Source: an uncultured Bacilli bacterium
GTDB lineage: Bacteria; Bacillota_I; Bacilli_A; RF39; UBA660
DNA length: 33,135 bases
Reading direction: 5' to 3'
Assembly (NCBI GenBank): GCA_944371435.1
Contig: CALVXQ010000003.1
Location: 1 to 33,135 of the forward strand
Shown here piece after piece: positions 10,501-18,237 of this stretch. The notes below the pieces were generated by a model. The model worked only from the letters and a program-made list of their open reading frames with translations, was not told the origin of the DNA and did no database searches. The position numbers and the translations under genes were made by a program. Positions within the stretch are counted from its first letter, which is position 1. The number at the start of each line of letters is the position of its first letter.

Positions 10501-10566
10501 ACATCTTTAAATCATATTGATGATACAAAACTATACCATAATATCTATGAATTAGTTAGCAAATAA
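7543..10566 (+). CDS. Large hypothetical protein, Asn/Lys/Ile-rich, probably all-helical
   Basis: 1007-aa uninterrupted ORF in AT-rich DNA, 7 bp after the sortase stop with an AGGTG RBS. No signal peptide or motif recognised. Confidence 0.85.
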   Translation: MIDNIIKDLNNIIEYTIYKDIKLDSEMQNKLDNIIIYMNNSKNIIKDLNSIMEIKNKENKIFLERYISIILSKTNLSFLDISKILKTNISLNIKYILWNKLSTSNKINYLLANNIETDDLTLINISLDNKNTKLYHNIVSNKDILKKLKNITPNINIVKKEDFETEDILKVIDSKTVSKYIMKYYSTYNNFKNLVINNNNIINYANKYSIKIDKIDKEDLNTLVKEYPFIITKLDTKISINYLTSETLKQILNNNKDLDITSSAKELLTILDSNNIYKYFNLDFVKQQKDFTLSIYPFAKLDNNLTKEIIYNYDLLKKFTYNTIVTIINNLYMEEMKISLFRNNNFIEEIPSYYLIQILNNMNFKNVFNLLQNINLLTKLDNLNIKLNIEDNLFVDSYLDSPTLVNISNPKMLYNMLLLSNNTIKYLEFPYLNSRLNIVDIIDILVNKNINIFDTSLLKLFKTLEIKDYINKMLKTYHINYDLLLNDYVFHNIYNYNKNKLTSLDLDNIKYLFDKIYTKGINTSACYAIDIDSFKSILNSYILLGFDNTNKLFENGTYNITFKNINSLKNIYVKKFKKDLNLLSVKKVTKLFSKYLIKLDKNSNENFLRNYLLDIPEIKSYLMLFNNTKYSSLKDTTKLCLNYLDYSNYNNEVANNLLTNFIKGFNSYYKDKWILDLKNRFDKITIKSSLISTNILYQTEKVIDQDYTIKYKLDLFKKFLKANNKDNYSKYFNIPLDQVIVKYLKYIKTKITLDDLINKVLIDTDINTILNSLNIKTPIFYNLYKEIKKEEELINNYNIILKTKLKNMHSTRVITILNHICYNTTIPFIIDNKLKKIINDLKNKISLFNGKVDVNKLNNSLEYTNIFTFNNLNELEEYDLKYQKINDILEKTDKFVNKYINTEEIKAKYKDYYKYSLDTYLNMIPVNKNYYSLKRRYLYLEDFKKIFNGYDLSINHYLSSTTKSFLVNNLVYVALGYLDDFTNNFGTSLNHIDDTKLYHNIYELVSK

Positions 10567-10573
10567 TAAATAG

Positions 10574-10610
10574 AAAATAGCATCGATAAAAATTTTATTG
10601 GTGCTATTTT
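10574..10610 (+). terminator. Long hairpin terminator after the 1007-aa gene
   Basis: AAAATAGCATCGATAAA-aat-TTTATTGGTGCTATTTT (with G-U pairs). Confidence 0.7.
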
Positions 10611-10666
10611 ATGTTAATTACGCAACAAATATAAATTATGCTATAATCATTATTATAGGAGTATAT

Positions 10667-12646
10667 ATGATAAGGATTGAACATGTAAATAAAGTAATAG
10701 ATAATAAATGTATTTTAGAAGATATTAATTTAACTTTACCCGATACTGGCTTTATTTTAATAAAAGGCGATAATGGTGCTGGTAAATCAACTCTTCTTAA
10801 TTTAATTGGTGTTTTAGATAAACCTACATCAGGTAATATCTTTTATAATAATACAAATTTAACTTTATTAAATGAAGAAAAACTTACTACTTTTAGAGAA
10901 GAATATATAAGTTTTATTTTTCAAGATCCTAATCTATTTGCTAATTTTACAGCTTTAGAAAATATTAATATTACTAATAAAAATAATTTAAATGAAGTAA
11001 TTAATTTTTTAGATATTAAAGATTTATTAAATAAAAAAGCTAAAGTTTTATCTGGTGGTGAACAGCAAAGAATATCTATTGCTCGAGGTATTCTTAAAGA
11101 CTCTCCTGTTTTACTCGCAGATGAACCAACTGGTGCACTTGACTTAGAAATGAAAACTAATCTTTTTAGTTATCTAAAAAAAATAAGTAAAGAAAAACTA
11201 GTAATTATTATTAGTCATGATACAAATTTAGCTTCCTTTTTAGCCGATATGATTATTGAAATAGATAATGGAAAAATAATTAATATTATTAATAAAAATA
11301 ATTTTTTAGAAGAAAATCATAAACATATTTATCATAATCAGTTTAAGGCATTAAATTTTACTTTAAAAAATTTATATCAAAATAAAGTAAGACTTATTTT
11401 TAGTAGTTTTATTCTAATAATTACATTATATTTATTATGGTTATCTACTTCTTTATCTAGTTTAAATTATAATAAAATACATGAAGATACGATGAATTTA
11501 GAAAATGATACTTTATTTATATTTAATAAAAATAATGCTCCATTTTTTAACGATGAAGATGTTACTTATCTTAAAAATACTATTAACCAAGACCTTATTA
11601 TAGGAAAATTATTAGTTTTCAATTCTAATTTTTTTGTTAATAATATATATAAAAGACCTAATCTTTATTTATCTATTATCCCAATCAATAACTTTACTTA
11701 CTTTGATATATCATACTTAAAACACGTTGATTATGGAAGATATCCAACAAAAGATAATGAAATCGTTATTAGCTCTTATTTAGCTGATTTAGCAATTCAT
11801 GATGGAATTTTATTAAATGATGGTTTTATTTATAAACCTACTAATTATGAAGCTTTAGTTACCGAAAATAAGGAAATTGATTTAGGGGGTAAACCAGTAT
11901 ATATAGTCGGTATCTTTGATTTAGGACTAGAAGAACAATATGGATACCTAAAAGAAATAGATGATTATTATCATTTAACAACAAGACAAAAAGCTGAATA
12001 TTATATTTATGGTGATAAAGTATTAAATAATGCTGCTAATGTTTATGTTACAGACGGATTTTGGGATTACTTTAGTGATATCCCTAACAGTTATATTATC
12101 AATAAGAAAATATATACATATATAGAAGATAAACAGATTAGAGATGAAGTATTTGCTAATTTTCCTATCGAAGGTAGTGAATTTACAATTGCAACCAACT
12201 ATAGTCCAATTATTATTGCTTTAAAAGATTTAGTTAATAGATTTGTTGATATTTTTAAAGTAATATCTATTATACTAAGTATATTTACTATTCTATTACT
12301 AATCAATTACACCTTAAATAGTATATTTTTACATCAAAAAAATATTGCTATCTTAAAAAATTTAGGAATTAAAGAAAAACAAATTAATACTTTATTTATA
12401 ACGGAATTACTATTCCTAACTTTATTTAGTTTTATAATATCATTTATTCTCTTCTTAGTATCAAGACTTATAATTAATAATATAGCTAGTAACTTTATTA
12501 CTTTTAAAATCAATATTTTACCTATTAATATAATTAATATCTTAGCTATTTTCCTAGGCATTTTATTATTTATCTTCTTAGTATCTTTTATAATTAAAAA
12601 GAAAATAAAAAAACTTAGCCCTCAAAAAATATATAAAACAAATTAG
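10667..12646 (+). CDS. MacB-like fused ABC ATPase / FtsX-type permease (copy 1)
   Basis: Walker A GDNGAGKST, LSGGEQQR, LLADEPT, SHD. Topology is TM + large extracellular domain + 3 TM. ATG 10667 follows AGGAG and TGcTATAAT. Confidence 0.92.
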   Translation: MIRIEHVNKVIDNKCILEDINLTLPDTGFILIKGDNGAGKSTLLNLIGVLDKPTSGNIFYNNTNLTLLNEEKLTTFREEYISFIFQDPNLFANFTALENINITNKNNLNEVINFLDIKDLLNKKAKVLSGGEQQRISIARGILKDSPVLLADEPTGALDLEMKTNLFSYLKKISKEKLVIIISHDTNLASFLADMIIEIDNGKIINIINKNNFLEENHKHIYHNQFKALNFTLKNLYQNKVRLIFSSFILIITLYLLWLSTSLSSLNYNKIHEDTMNLENDTLFIFNKNNAPFFNDEDVTYLKNTINQDLIIGKLLVFNSNFFVNNIYKRPNLYLSIIPINNFTYFDISYLKHVDYGRYPTKDNEIVISSYLADLAIHDGILLNDGFIYKPTNYEALVTENKEIDLGGKPVYIVGIFDLGLEEQYGYLKEIDDYYHLTTRQKAEYYIYGDKVLNNAANVYVTDGFWDYFSDIPNSYIINKKIYTYIEDKQIRDEVFANFPIEGSEFTIATNYSPIIIALKDLVNRFVDIFKVISIILSIFTILLLINYTLNSIFLHQKNIAILKNLGIKEKQINTLFITELLFLTLFSFIISFILFLVSRLIINNIASNFITFKINILPINIINILAIFLGILLFIFLVSFIIKKKIKKLSPQKIYKTN

Positions 12647-12656
12647 AAAGGATTAT

Positions 12657-14969
12657 ATGATAAAACTAGTAAAAGTTAATAAATTAATTGTTAATAGAGA
12701 AATATTACGAAATATTAATCTTACTTTACCAGATACAGGATTAGTTGTAATTAAGGGAAAAAATGGTTCCGGTAAATCTAGTCTTCTAAATATAATTAGT
12801 GGGATAGATAATCCAAGTACTGGTAATATATATTATGATAATACTGATATAACTAAGTTAAATGAGGAAGATAAAAGAAAATTTAGAGAAAAATATATTA
12901 GTTTAGTATTTCAAAAACCTAACCTATTCTTAAATAGTAATGTAAATGATAATATTACTATTGTAAATGATGAAAAAAATATTAAAAAAGTTTTACAATT
13001 TTTTAATCTAGAAAACTTAAAAAAGACAAAAGTTAAAAAGTTATCGGGTGGCGAAAAAGAAAAAGTTGCTTTAGCAAGAGGCTTAATCAAAAAATGTCTA
13101 GTACTTTGTCTTGATGAACCTACTTCTAATTTAGATACTAAGACTAAAATTGATTTATATAGATACTTAAAGAATATATCTAAACATAAATTAGTAATTA
13201 TGGTATCTCATGATTCTTTAAGTGAAGAATATGCTGATATAATAATTAACATGCAAAATGGCGAAATAGAAAAGATTATTAATAAAAATACTATGCAAGG
13301 GAAACTAGAATTTATCTCTCATAAGAATAATTTTAATAGTATAAAATTTGTTATTCATAATCATTTTACTAATAAAATTAAATTAATTTTTAATAGTATT
13401 CTCTTAATCTTTATTTTTACTATTATTATCTTATTTTTATCTTTAAAAAATATAAATATAGTCGATTTACACACTAGTTCTCTTGCGTTAGAAAAAGATA
13501 GTATAATGATTTTTAATAAGCAAAATTATAGTAGTGTTTTTGCAGATAATTATTTTAATGAAGATGATATAACTTATCTAAATAATAATAAAATATCTAA
13601 AAATAATTTAATTATTGGTAAAAATATTTTTTATAATAATAGTCTTCTTAATTTTACATATGTAAATCGTCTAGATTATCTCTATGATCCGGTTGAAAGA
13701 TTAACCTTTATCGATATAAAAGATTTAGCAAATGAGATAATTGGTAAATTACCAGAAAAATCTAATGAAATTGTAATAAGTTCAACTTTAGCAGATATTA
13801 TGGGTAAATACGGAGTTAAAACAAGTTTAAATACTGATTATTACCCTGGTAGTTATGAAGAATTTATAAACAGTGATTTCTTTCTATTATTAGGTAATCA
13901 AGAAGTTAAAGTAGTAGGTATTTATTTATTAGATGAAGAAAAATATAGTGATTTAAAAGATAATAAGATATCTTCTTTTAAAGAAAATATCTTAAGAAGA
14001 TTATACACTGACTTTTTATATTGCTATGCCGGAAATATATATGTTACTAGTGATTTCTTCAATTTATTTAATACGCCAAAGAATAGTATAAATCCCTTTA
14101 ATTCCTTTATCATCCTACCTAAAGGTTCGAATATAACAGGAACTTTACTACCATTTAATGAAGGAATGAGCGTTGAAGTATCTGATGGAAGAATAATTAC
14201 GGAATTACAAGAGAATGAAATTATCGTAAATCAAGATATGTTAAATTCATTATTATTAGATGATGTAAATAGTATTGGTAGAGAAATAAATATAGAAATT
14301 GAAGATTATATTACCAAACAAAAGTATAATTATCATTTAACTATAGTAGGAATGTCTAATGATGAAAATTATTATATTAATTCTAATACTTTAAAAGGTT
14401 TACTGACTAATACTTTTTTTACTAATAAATTATTTATAAAAGAAGATAATGAAAATACTATTCATAATATGTTAATAAAATTTGCTAAAGATAGTAATTC
14501 TGATTATTATCTAACAAGTAATTATTCTAATGTTATTGAAGATTTAACTGTTCTTACTACAATTATTAGTTTTATATTTAAATACTTATTACCTATCTTT
14601 GTTATATTATCAATTATTTTATTAATAAATTATATCTATAGTAGTATTAAAATACATCAAAAAGATATCGCAATCTTAAAAAGTTTTGGCATAAGTAATA
14701 ATAAAATAAACTTATTATTCATCGAAGAATTAGGAATTATATCTTTTATAGCCTTAATAATTTCTTTAGTAATATTTTTGATTATTAAATTTATTATAAA
14801 TTATATAGCCTATACGATTTTAGCTTTTAAAATAAATGTTTTACCATTAAATATCTTTAGTCTTATTATTATATTTTCGATTATTCTAGGAATAATTATA
14901 ATAACGATTTTAATAAGTCAAAGAAAAACTAAAAAACTTAGTCCAGAAATTATTTTTAAAATAAATTAA
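12657..14969 (+). CDS. MacB-like fused ABC ATPase / FtsX-type permease (copy 2)
   Basis: GKNGSGKSS, LSGGEKEK, LCLDEPT, SHD. Same architecture and clearly paralogous to copy 1. Confidence 0.92.
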   Translation: MIKLVKVNKLIVNREILRNINLTLPDTGLVVIKGKNGSGKSSLLNIISGIDNPSTGNIYYDNTDITKLNEEDKRKFREKYISLVFQKPNLFLNSNVNDNITIVNDEKNIKKVLQFFNLENLKKTKVKKLSGGEKEKVALARGLIKKCLVLCLDEPTSNLDTKTKIDLYRYLKNISKHKLVIMVSHDSLSEEYADIIINMQNGEIEKIINKNTMQGKLEFISHKNNFNSIKFVIHNHFTNKIKLIFNSILLIFIFTIIILFLSLKNINIVDLHTSSLALEKDSIMIFNKQNYSSVFADNYFNEDDITYLNNNKISKNNLIIGKNIFYNNSLLNFTYVNRLDYLYDPVERLTFIDIKDLANEIIGKLPEKSNEIVISSTLADIMGKYGVKTSLNTDYYPGSYEEFINSDFFLLLGNQEVKVVGIYLLDEEKYSDLKDNKISSFKENILRRLYTDFLYCYAGNIYVTSDFFNLFNTPKNSINPFNSFIILPKGSNITGTLLPFNEGMSVEVSDGRIITELQENEIIVNQDMLNSLLLDDVNSIGREINIEIEDYITKQKYNYHLTIVGMSNDENYYINSNTLKGLLTNTFFTNKLFIKEDNENTIHNMLIKFAKDSNSDYYLTSNYSNVIEDLTVLTTIISFIFKYLLPIFVILSIILLINYIYSSIKIHQKDIAILKSFGISNNKINLLFIEELGIISFIALIISLVIFLIIKFIINYIAYTILAFKINVLPLNIFSLIIIFSIILGIIIITILISQRKTKKLSPEIIFKIN

Positions 14970-14999
14970 AAGCCAGTTTAATTATCTAAACTAGCTTTT
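14968..14999. terminator. Bidirectional terminator between convergent ABC and sufU genes
   Basis: AAAAGCCAGTTTA-attatc-TAAACTAGCTTTT. Confidence 0.65.
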
Positions 15000-15416
15000 T
15001 TCATATTCATTAATTGCTTTAATAATACCTTCCCAAGGAAGTAAGGCACAAGTTTTTCGATTGGGTTGTTTATAAATATCACTAAAAGCTTGCGCCTCAC
15101 CTAAATTAGTATTTAATTTACCACTTTCTAACATTTCCTTATAATTAGCATATAATTTTTTTACCTCAGTAATTGTTTTATTCTGAAGTAACTTAGTCAT
15201 AATAGAAGCAGCAGAAGTTGCAATAGCGCAGGCTTCCCCATCAAATTTAACATCTTTAATTATATTATCTTCAATTAAGACATAAATATCTAGATTATCA
15301 ATACAAGATACATTATTAGTATTAGTTTTAATATAGTTAGAATCACTAGGTATTATTTTATTACTAGGATGCATGTAATTATCTAAAATAGTTTGTCTTC
15401 TTAATTCATTATCCAT
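14991..15416 (-). CDS. sufU: SUF system Fe-S assembly sulfur-transfer protein SufU
   Basis: ILDNY, SCID, GEACAIATSAASIM, RKTCALLPW; directly downstream of sufS. Confidence 0.93.
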   Translation of the reverse strand: MDNELRRQTILDNYMHPSNKIIPSDSNYIKTNTNNVSCIDNLDIYVLIEDNIIKDVKFDGEACAIATSAASIMTKLLQNKTITEVKKLYANYKEMLESGKLNTNLGEAQAFSDIYKQPNRKTCALLPWEGIIKAINEYEKS

Positions 15417-16613
15417 TTATATCATCTCTTTTAATATTTTATCTTTATCTTTAAGTAATTCAATTACTCTATCTATTTCTTCTTTAGTATTATAAAAATA
15501 TAAACTAATACGGCAGGTATTTTTAACCCCTACTTCATCTTTTAAAATTTTAGCACAATGATTTCCTGCACGAATACATATATTATACTTATCTAAATAA
15601 ACAGCAACATCTTGGGAAAATATTCCTTCAACATTAAAAGTTATAATGCCACTATCGGCTTCTAAATTAATTATATCTATATGCTTAAGAGATAAAAGTT
15701 TATCGATAAAGTAATTTCTTAAATTTAACTCATAATCATGAATATTCTTAAGACCGATATTAGTAATATATCTTATTGCTTCTCCTAAACCTAAAACACC
15801 AGCTATATTAGGTGTACCTGCTTCTAATCTTGTTGGTAAAGGTTTTAAATAAACATCTTCGATTGAATCAAAGGACTCATTCATTCCCCCACCTAAATTA
15901 ATTGGTTCTAAAGATGCCAACAATTCCTTTTTACCATATAAAACACCTACACCTGTTGGTCCACACATTTTATGAGCTGAAAAAGCTAAGAAATCACAAT
16001 CTAAATCTTGGACATCAGTTGGAATATGACCAATACTTTGGGCGGCATCGACAACGACAAATATTCCCCTTTCATGGGCTATTTTACAAATTTCTTTAAT
16101 CGGTCTAATATCCCCAATAACATTTGTAATGTGAGCTAAACTAATAACTTTAGTATTCGGGGTAATAGCTTTTAAAACATTGGCAATTGTTACATAATAA
16201 TTATTATCTAATTCAATATAATTTACTTGTAAATTTAATTCTTTAGCTAATCTAAACCAAGGTAAGACATTTGAAGCATGCTCTGACTTGGTAATTAAAA
16301 TTTCATCATTAGGTTCTAATAGATTACCAAAAAATCCTGTTACTATATAATTCAAAGATTCTGTAGCCCCACCAGTAAAAACAATTTCACTACGATCCTT
16401 AGCATTTATAAAATCTTTGACTAAATTTCTAACTAACTCATATTCTGTATCTACCTTTAATGATATTTTATAATCCCCACGATGAGCATTAGCATTATAT
16501 TCCGTATAATACTCGTCCATCTTCTTTATTACACTTAATGGTTTTTGCGTAGTAGCACCATTATCTAAATAAATAATATCATTACAAAAAAATGGAAAAT
16601 CTTCACGATGCAT
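15417..16613 (-). CDS. sufS: Cysteine desulfurase SufS
   Basis: YLDNGATTQKP, SAHKMCGPTGVG (PLP Lys), RAGNHCA (catalytic Cys). ATG 16613 follows GGAGGTG. Confidence 0.95.
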   Translation of the reverse strand: MHREDFPFFCNDIIYLDNGATTQKPLSVIKKMDEYYTEYNANAHRGDYKISLKVDTEYELVRNLVKDFINAKDRSEIVFTGGATESLNYIVTGFFGNLLEPNDEILITKSEHASNVLPWFRLAKELNLQVNYIELDNNYYVTIANVLKAITPNTKVISLAHITNVIGDIRPIKEICKIAHERGIFVVVDAAQSIGHIPTDVQDLDCDFLAFSAHKMCGPTGVGVLYGKKELLASLEPINLGGGMNESFDSIEDVYLKPLPTRLEAGTPNIAGVLGLGEAIRYITNIGLKNIHDYELNLRNYFIDKLLSLKHIDIINLEADSGIITFNVEGIFSQDVAVYLDKYNICIRAGNHCAKILKDEVGVKNTCRISLYFYNTKEEIDRVIELLKDKDKILKEMI

Positions 16614-16718
16614 ATATTCACCTCCCAATTTTTAATCTAACTTTTACTAATATTTTATTCCTTATAATAATATTGATATATTGTATTTGCCCTAAGAAAT
16701 AAGAAAAATATTGTCCTA

Positions 16719-16747
16719 ATTATAGCACTAAATTTATTCCATAGCAA
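16719..16747 (-). promoter_or_regulatory. Sigma-A promoter for sufSU
   Basis: TTGCTA-N17-TATAAT with extended TG on the minus strand. Confidence 0.65.
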
Positions 16748-16754
16748 ATTTTCC

Positions 16755-16783
16755 TTGAACTATTTAATAATTTATTATATAAT
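16755..16783 (+). promoter_or_regulatory. Sigma-A promoter for tRNA-Arg
   Basis: TTGAAC-N17-TATAAT, 20 bp upstream of the tRNA. Confidence 0.7.
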
Positions 16784-16803
16784 CTTATTTGTAATCCAGT
16801 TAT

Positions 16804-16880
16804 GTCTCCATAGCTCAGCTGGATAGAGCATACGCCTTCTAAGCGTACGGTCGAGTGTTCGAATCACTCTGGGGACACCA
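16804..16880 (+). tRNA. tRNA-Arg (anticodon TCT)
   Basis: Acceptor stem GTCTCCA/TGGGGAC, D arm AGCTCAGCTGGATAGAGC, anticodon arm TACGC-CTTCTAA-GCGTA, T loop GTTCGAATC, encoded CCA. Confidence 0.97.
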
Positions 16881-16889
16881 GGAGAAATT

Positions 16890-16916
16890 AAAGGGCTTAA
16901 TAGGCTCTTTTATTTT
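16890..16916 (+). terminator. Terminator after tRNA-Arg
   Basis: AAAGGGCTT-aat-AGGCTCTTT followed by a T-rich tract. Confidence 0.7.
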
Positions 16917-16981
16917 AATCTTCAAATTATTAAATAATTAAAGATTCACATGGTGCTTACTAATATAACTTGTGATATTTA

Positions 16982-17057
16982 AATGCACCATCATAGGGCA
17001 AAATTGGGTCTCAAAACAGCAAAAATGCACAATTTTTTTAAAATATTGTGCATTTTT
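16982..17057 (+). repeat. 76-bp direct repeat, copy 1 (upstream of fic)
   Basis: AATGCACCATCATAGGGCAAAATTGGGTCTCAAAACAG...AAAAATGCACAAT...ATATTGTGCATTTTT; matches 18162-18237 at 72 of 76 positions. Confidence 0.95.
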
Positions 17058-17095
17058 ATATTTATTTTGTTATAATTTAACTAGAGGTGAACAAA

Positions 17096-18163
17096 ATGGA
17101 AATAGTAAAACTTAATGAATTACCTATTAATTATAATATGGATAAGGAGTTATTACGTTTACTTGCAGATGCTAATGAATTATATGGGGAGTATAAATCA
17201 AAATTAAAAAACAGTAAAATAAATTCTAAACTTTTTTTAGATTCCCTTATTTTAAAAGAAAGTTTTAAATCAACACAAATTGAAGGAACTCAAATCTCGC
17301 AAGATGATATATATTATTTAAAATACATGCCTAAAACAGATGAAAACTTGGAAATTCAAAATTTAAAAATGGTAATTGATTATGCTAAAAACTATTTAAA
17401 TGAAAATGATAAAATAAATTTGGAATTTGTAAATGAAATTCATAAAATTCTCTTAAATAGCGTTCGCGGTAATGAAAAAGAACCAGGTAAAATACGCAGT
17501 ATTCAAAACTGGATTGGTCCAAATGGATGTACAATTGAAGAGGCAAGCTATATCCCTCCAGCACCAGAAAAAGTACCGCTTTTACTAGATAATTTATTTA
17601 AATATATGAATGATTTATATATAGATCCCCTATTTATAAATATGGCTATTTCTCATTGCCAATTCGAATCAATTCATGCTTATAGAGATGGTAATGGAAG
17701 ATTAGGTAGAGCTTTAATTCCAATCCAATTGGCTGCTTTAACAAATGAAGAACCTATTTTATTCTTATCAGAAATTATAGAGCTTTATAAACCTACTTAT
17801 TATCGCTTATTAAATGAAAGTCGTAATGGAAATATATTAGGATTTATTAAATTCTTTTTACAATGTATTATAGAACAATGCAATAACTATATATATAAAA
17901 TAAATCGAATTGAACAAATATATGAAAAAAATAATGAGAAAATAAAAGTATTAAAAAGTAGTGCTGTATATCAAATAATGCCTATTATTACAAAATTAGT
18001 AATTTTTACTAAAAAGGAAATAGAAGATGAATCTAAATTATCCAGAAATACAGTCTCTAGAATTATTGATAAATTAGTAGAACTTAATATTTTAGTTCCT
18101 GATACTAATCACACAAAACTTGGTTATCGTTACCAAGATATATACAATGTATTTATCAAATAA
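17096..18163 (+). CDS. Fic family protein (class II, N-terminal inhibitory helix, C-terminal HTH)
   Basis: STQIEG (S/TxxxEG), Fic motif HAYRDGNGRLGR, C-terminal TKKEIEDESKLSRNTVSRIIDKLVELNIL winged HTH. ATG 17096 follows GAGGTG and TGtTATAAT (alternative start GTG 17087). Confidence 0.93.
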   Translation: MEIVKLNELPINYNMDKELLRLLADANELYGEYKSKLKNSKINSKLFLDSLILKESFKSTQIEGTQISQDDIYYLKYMPKTDENLEIQNLKMVIDYAKNYLNENDKINLEFVNEIHKILLNSVRGNEKEPGKIRSIQNWIGPNGCTIEEASYIPPAPEKVPLLLDNLFKYMNDLYIDPLFINMAISHCQFESIHAYRDGNGRLGRALIPIQLAALTNEEPILFLSEIIELYKPTYYRLLNESRNGNILGFIKFFLQCIIEQCNNYIYKINRIEQIYEKNNEKIKVLKSSAVYQIMPIITKLVIFTKKEIEDESKLSRNTVSRIIDKLVELNILVPDTNHTKLGYRYQDIYNVFIK

Positions 18164-18237
18164 TGCACCATCATAGGGCAAAATTGGGTCTCAAAACAGT
18201 AAAAATGCACAATATTCTAAAAATATTGTGCATTTTT
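18162..18237 (+). repeat. 76-bp direct repeat, copy 2; its hairpin doubles as a bidirectional terminator for fic/scpB
   Basis: Fills the whole gap between the fic stop and the scpB stop. Palindrome AAAAATGCACAATATT...AATATTGTGCATTTTT. Confidence 0.95.

Noticed and set aside
12334-12561. Minus-strand 75-aa ORF
   Set aside because: Antisense to TM-coding region of the ABC permease
15902-16099. Plus-strand 65-aa ORF (likewise 20169-20360, 26389-26571, 29540-29821)
   Set aside because: Antisense shadows of well-supported genes
16687-16696. TTTGCCCTA, an inverted match to TAGGGCAAA in the repeat
   Set aside because: Nine-base match, could be chance
16952-16980. GGTGCTTACTAATATAACTTGTGATATTT loosely resembles a dif site
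   Set aside because: Poor match to the XerC/XerD arms, and no evident switch of dominant gene orientation here
16982-18237. CRISPR or IS interpretation of the direct repeat
   Set aside because: Only two 76-bp copies separated by a gene; no cas gene, transposase or terminal inverted repeats
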